DNA of 63,122 nucleotides, the filler included, from Reticulomyxa filosa (Eukaryota; Protista; Foraminifera), in assembly GCA_000512085.1 (NCBI GenBank). It is 10 parts of 10 records of this genome, joined end to end, with 100 filler letters (N's around TTAATTAATTAA, not from the genome) between each part and the next. Parts side by side here need not be neighbours in the genome. Positions count along the whole stretch, not along the records: positions 46,519 to 53,881 come from ASPP01020402.1; positions 53,982 to 58,168 come from ASPP01006921.1; positions 58,269 to 61,026 come from ASPP01001995.1; positions 61,127 to 63,122 come from ASPP01019300.1; 6 more parts are not named here. One strand, given 5' to 3'. Under the pieces are notes generated by a model that saw nothing but the letters and a program-made list of their open reading frames with translations, had not been told where the DNA came from and ran no database searches. Both the position numbers and the translations under genes were made by a program. Positions 50,883 to 63,122 of this stretch are shown piece after piece (the first letter of the stretch is position 1; each line of letters opens with the position of its first letter).

Positions 50883-51590
50883 AATGAAATTGATGTGTGA
50901 AAAAGGGACAGAAATCGTTCGTTTTCTCTAAAAGTGTTTACTGATGAGACAGAGTTAAAGATTGAATTTAACATATAACGTAAACGATTGCAACAAAGAA
51001 TAACTTTCAATGTAATACCGCTGATTTAGCCTTAAGAATTTAGAGATTCATACAAATTAGATGACAAAATATTTTTTTTGAGAAGTAAATCATTCATTGC
51101 ACGTTATATAATCATTTTTTCAACAAAAATTTTAGAGGATAAATACGTATTAGATACATGCTACAGTTCCGACAAGTATTTGCACATAGTAACGAAAGGC
51201 TAGCCTTAACGATATCGTCCAAAGCTAATATGATTTGTTTTCAATTGTTAATGTATGACAATGGATAGTATCTTCTTGAGCTTTCCCTTTCGTTAGTGTT
51301 CAGTTTGCTCTGAGTGATGTTCTTGCTGGAACAAGACATAATATTTTGACTGCTGGAAAATATTCATAGCTGAATTTTTCATCGTTTCTTGATAGAAACC
51401 CCATATCCAAATTGTATTACCTTCTGAAGACAAAATAATCCTTCAACAAAACTTTCCATAACTTAAATTTAAAAATTGTTGACTAACATATGGTTTTCTT
51501 GTTTTTTTTGACTTGTTTTTCCCCTTCAGAGATATTGATAATAATATTAAAATCAAATTTTTTCTTTGTATCAAAAAAAAAATTGCAAGA

Positions 51591-52449
51591 ATGACTACTT
51601 CACTCGTTGAAAAACAGATATCAGTACAACCACGATTGGTAAGCATCGTTTCAGTCTGTCAGAATATGCTTGTCTCCAGGTTATAATTGTGTGCGGTCTG
51701 ATTGAATTAGTTAAAAGAAGAAGAGATCAAAGTAATTATTGACCATTGGCCCGAATGTTAAAAATTAAATTTGGATGGGTCTATGATCTTGACAAACTTG
51801 TCATCAAATATGTTACGTCTTTTGCTTGTTGTCCAATCCAAATCAAAATATTCAAATTCTCAAATGTTTATTCATAACCACTATTTGACACAGACAATGA
51901 ACATCTTCATGTTTGATACCTTTCATTCGTCATCTAAATTACTCCAATCGCCATGGACATAATGATCATGGTGGGGTATTGATTATTCAACGTTTGACGA
52001 TAATCAATTCATTTGTTCTGGGTCAGATAAAACAGCTCGTGTGGAATGTAGAGACCAACGAACAAATTCAATTATTCAATAAACATTCAAGTACTGTGAG
52101 TTGTGTAAAGTTTTCACAATATCATAATCATAATCATCGTTGTCATGTAGTTTGTTCCTCATCAGCTGACAAAACCATTCGTTTTTGGGATATCAAGGAT
52201 AATCAACAATTTCAGATATTCAATGAACGTACTAGTAGTGTTAGTGGTATTGAATTTTCATCATTTAATGGTGGTAGATACTTGTGTTCTGGATCTGCTG
52301 ATAAAACAATTCGTTTATGGGATGTTGGAACATCCAAATTATTACATATTTTCGATGGGCAAAGAAAGAACAACGAAAAAACAAATTATATTTATAATGT
52401 GAATTTATGTTATGGTTCGTACAAAGGCCACATTCATATTTGGGGATGA
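51591..52449 (+). pseudogene. WD40 family A pseudogene
   Basis: Same exon layout as 24523-25874, but exon 2 (51711-51811) is 101 nt (1-nt deletion), there are more indels near 51950-52040, and an internal deletion joins LLHIFDG directly to the C-terminal NLCYGSYKGHIHIWG. Confidence 0.8.
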
Positions 52450-52714
52450 AACATTCATCGAATATTTTTTTGAATTTGTCATAGTTTTTGTTAGTGAAAA
52501 GAGCTGAAATATATTGTATATGATTCATTTCATAGAGCGTTGTTTAATTACTTTTTTTTAGAATTTTCAAGAAAAGAATTATTCTCTTTGTAAACCGACG
52601 ACTTCGGATACAGTATTTTGATAATTATACAAAATATCTATTTACAAAATGGATGTGTAAAAGATTTGAATATTGCTTACGTAGGAAGCTACAGATTTCA
52701 AGATTATCTTCTGC

Positions 52715-53020
52715 AAATAAAATTACGATGAATTGATGATTTTAACAAAATTATTATAAAATACAGCCGAAAGATATCTACATTTTAACATATAGAGATA
52801 GTTGATTTTTCGATGAAAAAGCAAAATTAAAATATATCTTTTTAAAATATGTCTTTGATTTTATTTTTATTTGATCTATGTCTGTCCCATAAGCATGGAA
52901 TTTACCATTCCATACACGGACTATGTTATCAATTGATAAATTGGCCATTATCAAATGTTGAATATCAATAACGTATGAATGTTTTAAGTAATTTTGATGA
53001 TAAACTAAACGTGTCAAACA
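52715..53020. pseudogene. Degenerate WD40 family A relics on both strands
   Basis: Plus strand KLR*IDDFNKIIIKY (about 52720-52765); minus strand FDTFSLSSKLLKTF ... DNIVRVWN (about 53020-52905). Confidence 0.55.
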
Positions 53021-53197
53021 TGCAGAGAGTAGATTTTGTTTTAAACAAAATTTACCAATAATGGTAGTGGTCTTCTTTCAACTCCTTTTTTCAGATAAGA
53101 AAAAAATTTAAACTTTTTTTTAACAAAAGCATTAAAAGAATTGTTGTTGTTATTATTTTTATTAGCATTTGTAAGCATTATTTTGAAAAAATGATAA

Positions 53198-53881
53198 TTA
53201 TCCCCAAATGCAAATTGGACCTTTGAATGAACTATAACACAGATTAATGCCACAATCACCATTATTTTTATTTTTCATATTCTTTTTTAATTGAAAAAAT
53301 GTAAGACACATTATTCCGTGATCTTCTTTAATAATATGTAATTCACATTTATTTGATCGAATATCCCAAAATTGAATTATACCATCCCTTGATCCAGAAC
53401 ATATTACATTTGAATTACCACCAAATTCAATATTTTTTACTATAAATGGTGAATATTTAACAGTCCATACTTCACTTTTATGTCCATTAAACATTTGACT
53501 TTGTTGACCAGATCGGATATCCCATAAACGAACACTTTTATCTTCAGATCCAGATAATATTGTATTTTCAAGTTTATTTGATCCATATTTTACACTCCTA
53601 ACTACATTTTCATGTCCTTTAAATATAATAGATTGTTTTGTTGTTTCAATATCCCAAATACGGATAGTTGTATCATGTGATCCAGAACAAATGGTATATC
53701 CATTACCACCAATTATACCAATATTATTGTTATTGTTTTGCAATGGTGAAATATCAACACACCAAATGCCATTCATATGTCCATTGAAAACATATAATGA
53801 TTTTGATGTCTCAACATCCCATAAACGAATTGTTTTATCAGCAGATCCAGAACACAAATATCTACCACCATTAAATGATGA
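53198..53881 (-). CDS. WD40 family A protein, 3' part (5' end off the contig)
   Basis: FNGGRYLCSGSADKTIRLWD ... GGNGYTICSGS ... KYGSN ... GPICIWG*, closely matching 24523-25874 and 59266-60630. Confidence 0.88.
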   Translation of the reverse strand, partial: SSFNGGRYLCSGSADKTIRLWDVETSKSLYVFNGHMNGIWCVDISPLQNNNNNIGIIGGNGYTICSGSHDTTIRIWDIETTKQSIIFKGHENVVRSVKYGSNKLENTILSGSEDKSVRLWDIRSGQQSQMFNGHKSEVWTVKYSPFIVKNIEFGGNSNVICSGSRDGIIQFWDIRSNKCELHIIKEDHGIMCLTFFQLKKNMKNKNNGDCGINLCYSSFKGPICIWG

Positions 53882-53981
53882 NNNNNNNNNNNNNNNNNNN
53901 NNNNNNNNNNNNNNNNNNNNNNNNNTTAATTAATTAANNNNNNNNNNNNNNNNNNNNNNNNNNNNNNNNNNNNNNNNNNNN
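53882..53981. other. Artificial contig linker
   Basis: N44-TTAATTAATTAA-N44. Confidence 0.98.
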
Positions 53982-54056
53982 AACAACAACAACATCGATC
54001 TATTTAATGTATTTATCCGACAAAATAAAAAATAAATGTATGTTATATGGATAAAG

Positions 54057-54666
54057 GTAATGACTGCGTTGATGCAAAATTTCAATGGACTGATGCGATT
54101 GAAAAATGAGAGCTCACAAGACCCCAAAGTAAGTAATCCACCTCCCGTGACAATAGATACACACTTGAAAGAACTCAAAGCATGTGAACGGGGATTCCAT
54201 GAGTGGAGCAAGATTATGATTCGACTGGACGAATATCAATATCTGCGAGAGTTTCTGGGGGTCATTTGTGGCGACTTTCAGGACTCCTCGTCCCCTGCTT
54301 ATATTGACCGAAATATGACAAACGACTTGTTGTTGGCTACCATTGATCCACCGCTCGACAAAAATCAAACTTTCCAGTTTTCGACGTTTTCTTTGTCCAG
54401 CGTTTGGGAGACATTCCAACACGATAGTGCCAGGCCGCAAAGAAAAAAACAAAAGAGAAGAAGGGAAGCAAAAAAAAAAGTCCAATCAAAACTCTTCTCG
54501 TCGCAGTGATGACAATGCTTCGGATAATCCAATTGAAAAAATTAAAACAATTGGAAACCATTTAGTTAATGATGCCGTGAACTCGTTTGTTAGCTATTGG
54601 AATGGAATTAAGCAAACTGTCGAAACACATTTGGCACAAAATAACAAGCAGGTCCAAGAGGAATGA
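54057..54666 (+). CDS. 3' end of an unknown protein (frame change in the A-rich stretch near 54440-54480)
   Basis: GC-richer coding-like ORFs 54036-54509 and 54343-54666. No family recognised. Confidence 0.45.
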
Positions 54667-55421
54667 TATTTTTTGTTTGTTTGTATTTTTTTCACTTATC
54701 TTGCACTTCAATGTTCAAAGTACTGACATGTTTCAGTATCTCATCTCACAAAAAAAAAAAAAAACTCCTTTTCATGTAAAAGTGCTCCAAGCCATCATTT
54801 TTTATTAAGTAACTCCAAAATAAAATTATTATTGCGAACTGCTTTGGTCAAGTTTTTGAGGAAATCATTTTTGTTTGAACTTAAAATGCAAAATAAATGT
54901 ACTTTCAACACTTTATATTGACATTTAATTATTCTTTTATCATTTACAAAGCAGACAAATTCAAAGGAATAATACAGTGGCCCAGCAAATTATATTTAGC
55001 TGCTTTTGTTTTTAGTTATTTTTGATGATATTAACAAAATTTAACAATTTATTCAAAAGTCAAAAACAATTGTAAAAATAAATTATGTTTTTAAGCACAA
55101 CACTTGTTTTGTGATTTATTTTAAAAATTTTTAAGAAAAAACATTTCTTCTAACAGTTTGGAAGGAGTTGTGAACATTGCAAACAATACCAACAAATCTG
55201 TGTAGATGTATTACATACAGTTATGTTTTTTTAATTTTCTACATTTTATTTTTTTTTGGCAGTGACTGTAACTGGAAAGAAAAAGCGAACAAAACAACTG
55301 ACAATTATCTGAACAAAGCCACTAATACAAGACATTTGAATCTTCACTCCCTAAAAAAATCAGTCAAACAAAAAGAAAAAAAAAGAAAAGAAAAGGAAAG
55401 AAATTCAGCAACCAGCAGCCA

Positions 55422-56649
55422 TCAGCCGATTTGATGAGGTTTTTCGTGTGTCCTGCAGTTCAATGCAAACATGTACAAGTGGAACAGAAAGAACAGGAAA
55501 AAGAAAGCATTATGAAAAGAAAGAAACTGATGCGAGGGACTCCAAGTCCAAGCCTGTTTCTGTACGCCAGCAAAAGTGTGCACAACTTTTAGGACATTGA
55601 TATTCCTTGAAACATTGTTTAACACCCCGGTCCATACGTCAGCATTTTCAAGGCAGAAGCGCTTTCGAATGCTCTCCACCGAAGTTGGAGGCTGATCTTT
55701 GAGGCGATTGGAATTCCGTTGCAAATGAAATAGCACTTGTTGAGTGTGTTCTATCATAGTAATAATCCACGCACACGTACATACGATATTTGTGCAATGC
55801 AACGAAAGAATACAACAAATCCTATCTTTTAAAAAAAAACAAAAAAAAAACAACATATACCTTGAATCATTTGTTGTAATTGTTGACGGACATGATGGAA
55901 ATAAAAAAGGACGAGTCCAATAGCCAACAGAGCAAAGCAAAAGAAGAGTTGATACGAGTTTTCGTCCGCCCATTCGGAAAGCAGACACATGTAGGGTTTG
56001 ATGGGGACATTACTTTTCCAGCGATCACGGCCGCGGTCGAACTCTAAAGAAAAGCGGTTTTCGCTGGAAATCTGGGCAAAGTGTTGGAAGGCGCTCCTCC
56101 AGAGCTGTTCCTCTTCATCACTCAATTTGCCAAACCAACGGCGCGCAATATCTTTCACATGGGCCGTGGTCGGGTTGTAATTGGCATTGTGGTAGCCGCA
56201 CAAATGCATCCCCAATTGTTCGCTCAACTGCTTTTCCACGAGCACAGCAATTTTATTTGATACGTCTTTGATCGAGTCTTCTAGCACACACTCTACACCT
56301 TTCCTCACATAATGGATATCGCAATGTAATTTTCCTTTTCATTTGTTTGTTTATTTGTGTTAATTGTGTATGTATACGTATACGTATACGTATACATATA
56401 TATATATATATATATTTAATAAAACAGTACCGCGAAAGCAGTGTCCATGTCGTGGACAAGCCCAACACTTGGAAATGGGCCTGCCTTCGATGAACCCGTT
56501 CTTATCTTTGTCGCAGAAGATGCTGTCATGGACAGGCGCGTAGAGACGCGAGAAGCACAGTCCGCAGAGCGTCAGCGTGACCAAAGCCACGACCACGACT
56601 AACAGCACGCCCTTGAGCTGTCTCCACGCGTCGAGCGTCATCGCAAACA

Positions 56650-56691
<42 letters not shown>

Positions 56692-58031
56692 AATTCTTTT
56701 TCTTTTTCTTTTTTTCTTCTTCTTTTTATTATCATTGTCATTATCATTATCATTATCATTATCATTATCATTATCATTATCATTGTCATCATCATTGTCA
56801 TTATTGTTATAATTATTATAAGTATAATTACTGTCATTATAAGTAGGATTATGACTGTGACGCGAATTTGCGTTTGGGAAAGTTGTGTCATGCAATCTTG
56901 CAGCACTTGATGAAAGCGGCGTCGCCATTGTGGCGTGCAAGTGCGACACATGTTCCGAAGGCGTGTAAAGCGGTTGATCGTGTCGATAGATGTGCATTGG
57001 CTTTTGCTCTTCTGTTTCATTGCATGTTTTTGCATTCATCTTCGTCCAATTGTTGATATTACCACCATTGCTGTTGAAAATAGTAGAGGTAGTAGCGGAC
57101 ACAGGTCGCAAAGGGGCACTCATATGCTGCGACCGTGAGTAATCGACTCCCGAGTCCTCCTTTCGACAGTTCTGCAAGATCTCGCTCGTCACATATCTTT
57201 GTCTGGGTTGGTTCGATGCATAACTCGACTTTTTCGTCGATTGAATGTTGAATCCATTTCCATCGCTGTCTCTATCTCTGTCTCTGTTTTTGTAGTCGTC
57301 AGCCCAATGCCTATTGTAATTATCGCAATTATAATTGCTGCGATGGTCGAAATTGTTGGAATCGCAATTGAATTGCATTCTCTGATTTCTTTTAAGAGTG
57401 TCCCAAGCATCCATTTGCGCAATGTCATCGGTACTGAGATCGTGGTGATACGACAGAGGAGGAGGAGAAGGAGGAGGAGGAGATGCGTGCCAAGGGTTGT
57501 GCAACGTCGATCTCGCATGGCTGTCGACGTCCGTGTGGAGAAGCTCTGCATTGGTGCTGAACAGTTTCTTTGGCTCGACTGAAGACAGGCTGGGGTTGGC
57601 CTTGATCAGCGACATTATGAACGGCTCGTTTTTCGTGTCCACCTCGTCTCTCTGCGGCATCCTTGCGCTGTTTCTGCTGTTTCTGTTGTTGTCGACACGC
57701 CGGTATGTCATCTCCTTCGCTTGTCGTGCAGCAGATAATTTGTTATGCTGTCGTATCACATAACACATACATAAATAACATATACATATACATATATATG
57801 TATATGTGATTAAGTCGTTTATCTCTTTGGTACTGGCAAAACTCAACTCACTCAAAAAAAGGAGAAAAAGGGGGGGGGGGAGGGGAATTTTTTTTTTTTT
57901 TTAAAAAAAAAAGAATAATGATAAAACAAACTTGTGGGTAATTGTTCTCTCTTGGCAACATAACGCAGTCGTCTTCGAATCGTATTGTCAAATGATCGTT
58001 TTGTTTTGTTGCTATTGTTCGGTCCGAACAT
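55422..58031 (-). CDS. MAN1/Src1 (MSC domain) inner nuclear membrane protein, multi-exon
   Basis: Disordered N-terminus, TM1 GVLLVVVVALVTLTLCGLCF, lumenal FCD...CWACPRHGHCFRG...C...C, TM2 YQLFFCFALLAIGLVLFYF, C-terminal winged helix ending VWTGV...AGVQKQAWTW. Confidence 0.75.
56648..56830. repeat. Compound microsatellite (GAC)n / T-rich / (CATTAT)n inside the MAN1-like gene
   Basis: Tri- and hexanucleotide repeats are directly visible. Confidence 0.9.
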
Positions 58032-58168
58032 ATTCGGCGTGAAAATGAGAAAATAAAAACAAACATCAGAAATCAAAATGAAAACTGAGGAGAAAGGAAA
58101 AAGGGGAAGAGGAGGGAGGGGGGGAGGGGGGGGGAACGGAGAAAAAGAAAAAGAAGATACAATGAAAA

Positions 58169-58268
58169 NNNNNNNNNNNNNNNNNNNNNNNNNNNNNNNN
58201 NNNNNNNNNNNNTTAATTAATTAANNNNNNNNNNNNNNNNNNNNNNNNNNNNNNNNNNNNNNNNNNNN
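58169..58268. other. Artificial contig linker
   Basis: N44-TTAATTAATTAA-N44. Confidence 0.98.
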
Positions 58269-58550
58269 CTTCCTTTTTGTTATGTATATTTTTTCTTCAA
58301 GCTTTTGATTGATAGTTTTTTAAAAAACCCGCGAAGAAGGAAAAACAAAAATAATTCGCGAAGGATAAAGAATATTAGTATACAATCCCAACAGTTTAAC
58401 ATAAGGTATGCATTTTTGCATAGATTGTTGATAATTTATTGAATTTTATTCACACTGCCAACAATACTGCACAAAATACGATTTGAGGTAAAGCACCCTA
58501 ATGGTTGCAAAAAAAAAAAAAGGAGTCTGCAAAAAAACCAGAAAAGAAAC

Positions 58551-60630
58551 ATGCAATCAGAAAAGATGAGAGAAGACCTGAACAATGGAATGACTCCAGT
58601 CTCTTTTGGCCAACTGTGCTTTGATAAAAACTGGATTTTACAAACTAATCAATCTGAGGTAATCAACCACTTTACTTGTTGGATTTGCAAACAAGTTACC
58701 AACAATGCTTTGGAATCTCATTGTCCTCAACATGAAGATATGAAAGAACTATTGGTTGTAGGAGAATATTGTTTACAACAATATCTCAAATCAAATTCCA
58801 ATTCGTGTCCTATCCAATCACATGAAAATCCCAACTTTTTAAGAAATAAAGCGTTGCAACAACAAGTTAGTGATTTGATCGTGTTGTGTCCATTACAATA
58901 TGGAAATGACCAAAGAGGTGAAATAACTGAAAGAAGCAAAGTTTGTAATTTCAAAGGAAAGATTAGAGAATTATTGGATCATTTGCACAAATCATGTCCT
59001 TTGAAATTACTTGATTGTTGGTTCAAACCATTTGGATGTACTCATGTTTGTTTTGGACAGGAATTAAATGAACATTTGATATCTAACATTCAATCTCATT
59101 TTCAATTGGTCATTCAATTTATCCAAAAAATTATAGAGAAACTATTCCAACCTCAAAAAGATTTTCAATTATCCAATTTTCCAATGGTTTTTTTTTTGTT
59201 TGTTTGTTTAAACATATATAGTTTTACTTTTATTTTATTTTGTATTTGTCTTGTTTTAATAGCAAATGATCATTTCTGAAATTGATAAGTTGAAGAAGAA
59301 GAAGAAGAAGAACACTCAAAACAAAGATAACGAAATTAATATATCTAATGAAGTTAAAGTACCTCAAAGAGATTTGCAACAAGAATTGATTAAAAATCGT
59401 GAGGAAATAGAAATTATGAAAAAATTGATTACATTATTGGAAGAAAAGAATACAGCTGCCACACAAGAATTAACAAAACAGGAAAATGAAAAAGAAGAAA
59501 AAAAAAATGATGATGTATATTTTTCTTCATTCAAACAGTTTTCTACTATCTCTTTTGATTCATTTAAATCTTCCAAATTAATCAAAACTTTCACTGGACA
59601 TACTGGTATGGTAAGGAATATTGATTATGCGTCATTGAATGGTAAACAATACCTTTGTTCTGGAGCAAGTGATAAAACAGTTTGCGTATGGAATGTAAAG
59701 ACAAGACAACTATTGAAATGCTTCAAAGGACATTCTACTGAATTATATTGTGCAAAGTTTTCACCATATCATTATTATAATAATCATCGCTCAGTAATTT
59801 GTTCTTCGTCATGTGATAAAATCATTCGATTTTGGGATTTCAATATTGATAAAGAATTTCAAACATTCAATGGGCATAGTGATCGCATTATTTTCCTCCA
59901 ATTTTCACGATTTAATGGTGGTAGATATTTGTGTTCTGGATCACGTGACAAAACTTTTCGTTTATGGGATGTTGAAACATCCAAATTATTACATGTTTTC
60001 AATGGACATGAAAATTGGATTTGGTGTGTGGATATTTCACCATTGCAAAGCAATAACAATAGCAATAATGATAATAATAATAAAAGTAATGGTATTGGTG
60101 TGATTGGTGGCAATGGATATACAATTTGCTCTGGATCACGAGATAAAACCATTCGGACATGGGATATTGAAACAACCAAACAACTCATTGTGCTCAAAGG
60201 ACATGAAGATACAGTGAGGAGTGTAAAATATGGATCAAATGAATTAACACATACAATATTATCTGGATCATCTGATACCAGTGTTCGTTTATGGGATATT
60301 CGATCTGGCCAACAAACTCATGTGTTTAAAGAGCATACAAAGGTGGTATATTGCGTAGAATATCTTCCTTTCAGAAACAATAGCATAAATGATATATTAA
60401 ATTCAAATGTAATATGCTCTGGATCAGAAGATAATACCATTCGTTTTTGGGATATCCGCACCAACAGAAAATTTTATAAGATTAAAGGAGATGATGAAAA
60501 AGATGGAGGAATAAGATGTATTGAATTTGTGGCATTGGAGAATGGGAATAGTAATGTTATTGATGGTAGGAATTATAATTATAGTTTATGTTATGGAGCA
60601 TGTAAGGGGCCCATTTGTATGTGGGGATAA
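58551..60630 (+). CDS. Degenerate RING - TRAF-type zinc finger - coiled coil - WD40 (family A) protein, TRAF7-like architecture; 2 exons
   Basis: FTCWICKQV...CPQH...GEYCLQQYL...CPI..H; CNFKGKI..L.DHL..SCPL...CWFKPFGC...C....L..H; E/K-rich coil; WD repeats ending GPICMWG*. Confidence 0.88.
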
Positions 60631-61026
60631 ACAGATATTCTGATGGAACATTTTGTGAAAAGATCACTTTGCAAAAATTTTTTTTTTCAATCAAAGATGA
60701 AATAAAAGTAAATTATTTTGTGCAAGATAAAAAAAGGCTATTCAGACTCAAAATTTACAAAATTTTAATTATCTGTTAACATTTTCATTGTGTTTTCAGT
60801 TGTTTCATCAATTCATATTTGTTAAAAAATAAGCAACTCGAGCCGAATCTGATGGCTTTTGTCCATAAACTAATATGTAGCAGCTGTGTTGACAGTATTA
60901 TATATTATGTAAAAAAAAAATTATGCTTGTATCATTCGTAGTCTTTGAGAAAAATCATATTCTTTTATTCCAGTTTATTGCTTCAGTAGTAAAATTTGAA
61001 TCATTTGGCATACAAAGTGAATAAAC

Positions 61027-61126
61027 NNNNNNNNNNNNNNNNNNNNNNNNNNNNNNNNNNNNNNNNNNNNTTAATTAATTAANNNNNNNNNNNNNNNNNN
61101 NNNNNNNNNNNNNNNNNNNNNNNNNN
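61027..61126. other. Artificial contig linker
   Basis: N44-TTAATTAATTAA-N44. Confidence 0.98.
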
Positions 61127-61183
61127 TTTGATTAAATGTTGTTTTTTCATGGAGAAACACAATCATCTCTATAAGGTGGCGTT

Positions 61184-61445
61184 TTAGGTGTCAACTTTCT
61201 TTTTTATCTTACTGTAATTTTTTTTATTATAATTGTTATTATTGATTTGTAATGGTGAAATATCAACACACCAAACAGCGTCTATATGTTCATTGAAAAC
61301 ATGTAATGATTTTGATCCCATAAACGAATTGTATTGTCTAATGATCCAGACAGAAGAACACTTACAGCAATACGTGCAACAAAGCAGTGGAATATATCCA
61401 GTCTGTGTCATGTATTATTTCATGAAAAATTTTCACAGTGCGATT
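61184..61445 (-). pseudogene. WD40 family A fragment
   Basis: SKSLHVFNEHIDAVWCVDISPLQINNNN, preceded by frameshifted CSSVW/DNTIRLW remnants. Confidence 0.65.
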
Positions 61446-62251
61446 TTTTACGAGTCAGAATATTGAAGATAGTGGCCAGAGTCAACTTTGAATGTTCACA
61501 TGGACACTAAATACTGGAAGTCATTTTTGAACGAAAATCAAGTAAAGAAAAAAATCCATAAAGGACAATATAATAGAACTTTATCACATATGCAATACCT
61601 TGTTTGAACTCGTTTTCTTACTACAAGCCATCATGATAAAAAATTTGTTCTAAGTTTTATTTTTCATTTCACAATTTTTTTGATAGTACTTGTAAAATAT
61701 GGAGGTATCAAAACTCCAACCGAACTGGCAATAAAAAGGGACTATCATAATGATTGACATAAGGACAGTGATTCCCAAATATTGAAAGAATTGAACAAAG
61801 AAAGATCAGCAATTGGAAATACCAAAAATTTATTTGGAAATATTTTTGTCTTAATTTAAGTTTGCACGTGTTCATGCTCAAAAGTAACGACACAACAAGT
61901 TAAAATTTACTTTTTTTGTGCAACTCATTGTAAATTATCTATTTATTTTTTCTTAAGATAATAAGAAAATGTCTTTAATTTTTAATTGGATTATTTTGAT
62001 TATCACAGACAAGTTTGTTGTGTTGTTTTTTTGGCTAGTGTTGTGTGCTTGAATGTTCCTTTTTTTTTATGAATAATTGCTTTAGGATGTTTGTAACGAA
62101 TTAATACTGTTGCTTAATGAATAAATGCTAATATAACCACTGATTACTCTAAAGTGAAATATTCAAAATGCTGTGGTTATGAGTAAACAGTATAATTTTT
62201 CAAGAAAAACTTTGAGTAAGTTCAACAAAAAAAATACAATCAATAGAGATA

Positions 62252-63010
62252 ATGAGTGTCGTCCTTAAATATACTTTACATGAATTACTCGAAAAGGCTA
62301 CAGATGAGGAAATATTGAAGGCCTTTCTTTTGACAGAAGACACAAAACTGGAAAAAGTGAGTCCAAAGCGTGTGAAGTTTGTGTCAAATCTCTATCGTTC
62401 CCTGCTCGTCGACCATGTGGAGAAATTTCTGGATCAAACACGTGGCAAGTCTCGATATGTTTTATTATCCGAATTTTCAGAGGGGACTGGTATTACACTA
62501 GACGAAGTTTATATCTACCTATACATACATATATATAAATATATATGTATATGTGAACATGAGAGAAAAGGGGACAACAAACATGTTGAGAAAAGTGAAC
62601 CTTTGAAATGATTCAGTTCGTAATGTCAAGCAAAGAAAATAAGAAATTTTTTGAAAGTTTGCCGGAAGTGGTGTGGAGTCGAGTGATCAATTATATCGAT
62701 ACGAATGAGCGAATAAGCAAGCTAACATGTTTGTGTCGGGATATGTACAATTTAGTGTATAGTCCAGTGACATGGAACACGTTTACATTCGAAGCGAAGA
62801 AAATACCTATCGAATATTGGAAAAATACGTTTCTATTTTACGTCGGGACAGGGTTGAAACAAGTGACTTTACAGTTTGAAAGTTTTGATGAAAAGGACAT
62901 ATTTTTGAGATATCATAACGTGAGAGACGTGAAAATGCCGCGAAGCGGAGCTGATGAGATTACGTTGCATATTTCTTACTTAGCCAAATATGCCAAAGGC
63001 TTGAAAGTTG
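62252..63010 (+). CDS. F-box protein, 5' part (truncated by the window end)
   Basis: Second exon (about 62630-63008) reads FESLPEVVWSRVINYIDTNERISKLTCLCRDMYNLVYSPVTW, which fits the F-box consensus LP.E+...+..Y+.......+..+C+.+. Confidence 0.72.
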
Positions 63011-63122
63011 TGTGTTCATTGAATCGGTTGGATTTGCTTTATTTCATTTTATTGGTTTTTTTTATTTTTATTTTTATTTCATTTCATTGTTTTATTATTG
63101 TCATTATTATATTATTATTATT

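Noticed and set aside
61500-61893. Hydrophobic minus-strand fragments as a transporter relic
   Set aside because: Multiple stops and no diagnostic motif.
1-63122. rRNA, tRNA, transposase or reverse-transcriptase genes
   Set aside because: None recognised by eye; tRNAscan, Infernal and repeat searches were not run, so small or degraded elements may be missed.

Overview
AT-rich eukaryotic genomic DNA with short GT-AG introns. It is not one locus: ten contigs are joined by artificial 100-bp linkers (N44-TTAATTAATTAA-N44), so gene order across linkers means nothing. The gene families (expanded lineage-specific WD40 genes, divergent G-alpha, frequent pseudogenes) and homopolymer-type indels resemble the draft genome of the foraminiferan Reticulomyxa filosa; this is inference, not a database check. 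Recognisable genes: two Ser/Thr kinases, a DHHC palmitoyltransferase, a PHD-TFIIS_M-SPOC protein, a pectinacetylesterase/Notum-family hydrolase, a mitochondrial carrier, the 3' part of condensin subunit CND1/NCAPD2, a G-alpha subunit, a TVP38/DedA protein, a disrupted CAP/Srv2 gene, a MAN1/Src1-like protein, U-box, RING-TRAF-WD40 and F-box genes, and several WD40/Kelch propeller genes and relics. The main candidate system is at 30821-36468: an NLR-like STAND protein with a UBA-like domain, a Cys4 zinc module, a RelA/SpoT-like nucleotidyltransferase, a NACHT NTPase, pentapeptide repeats and 16 hypervariable WD40 repeats. Two +1 indels split it in the ORF track. The second is a 33-34-codon phase-0 exon module (EEI..II..W.R...I..GW..DF...I.KY) attached to different beta-propellers.
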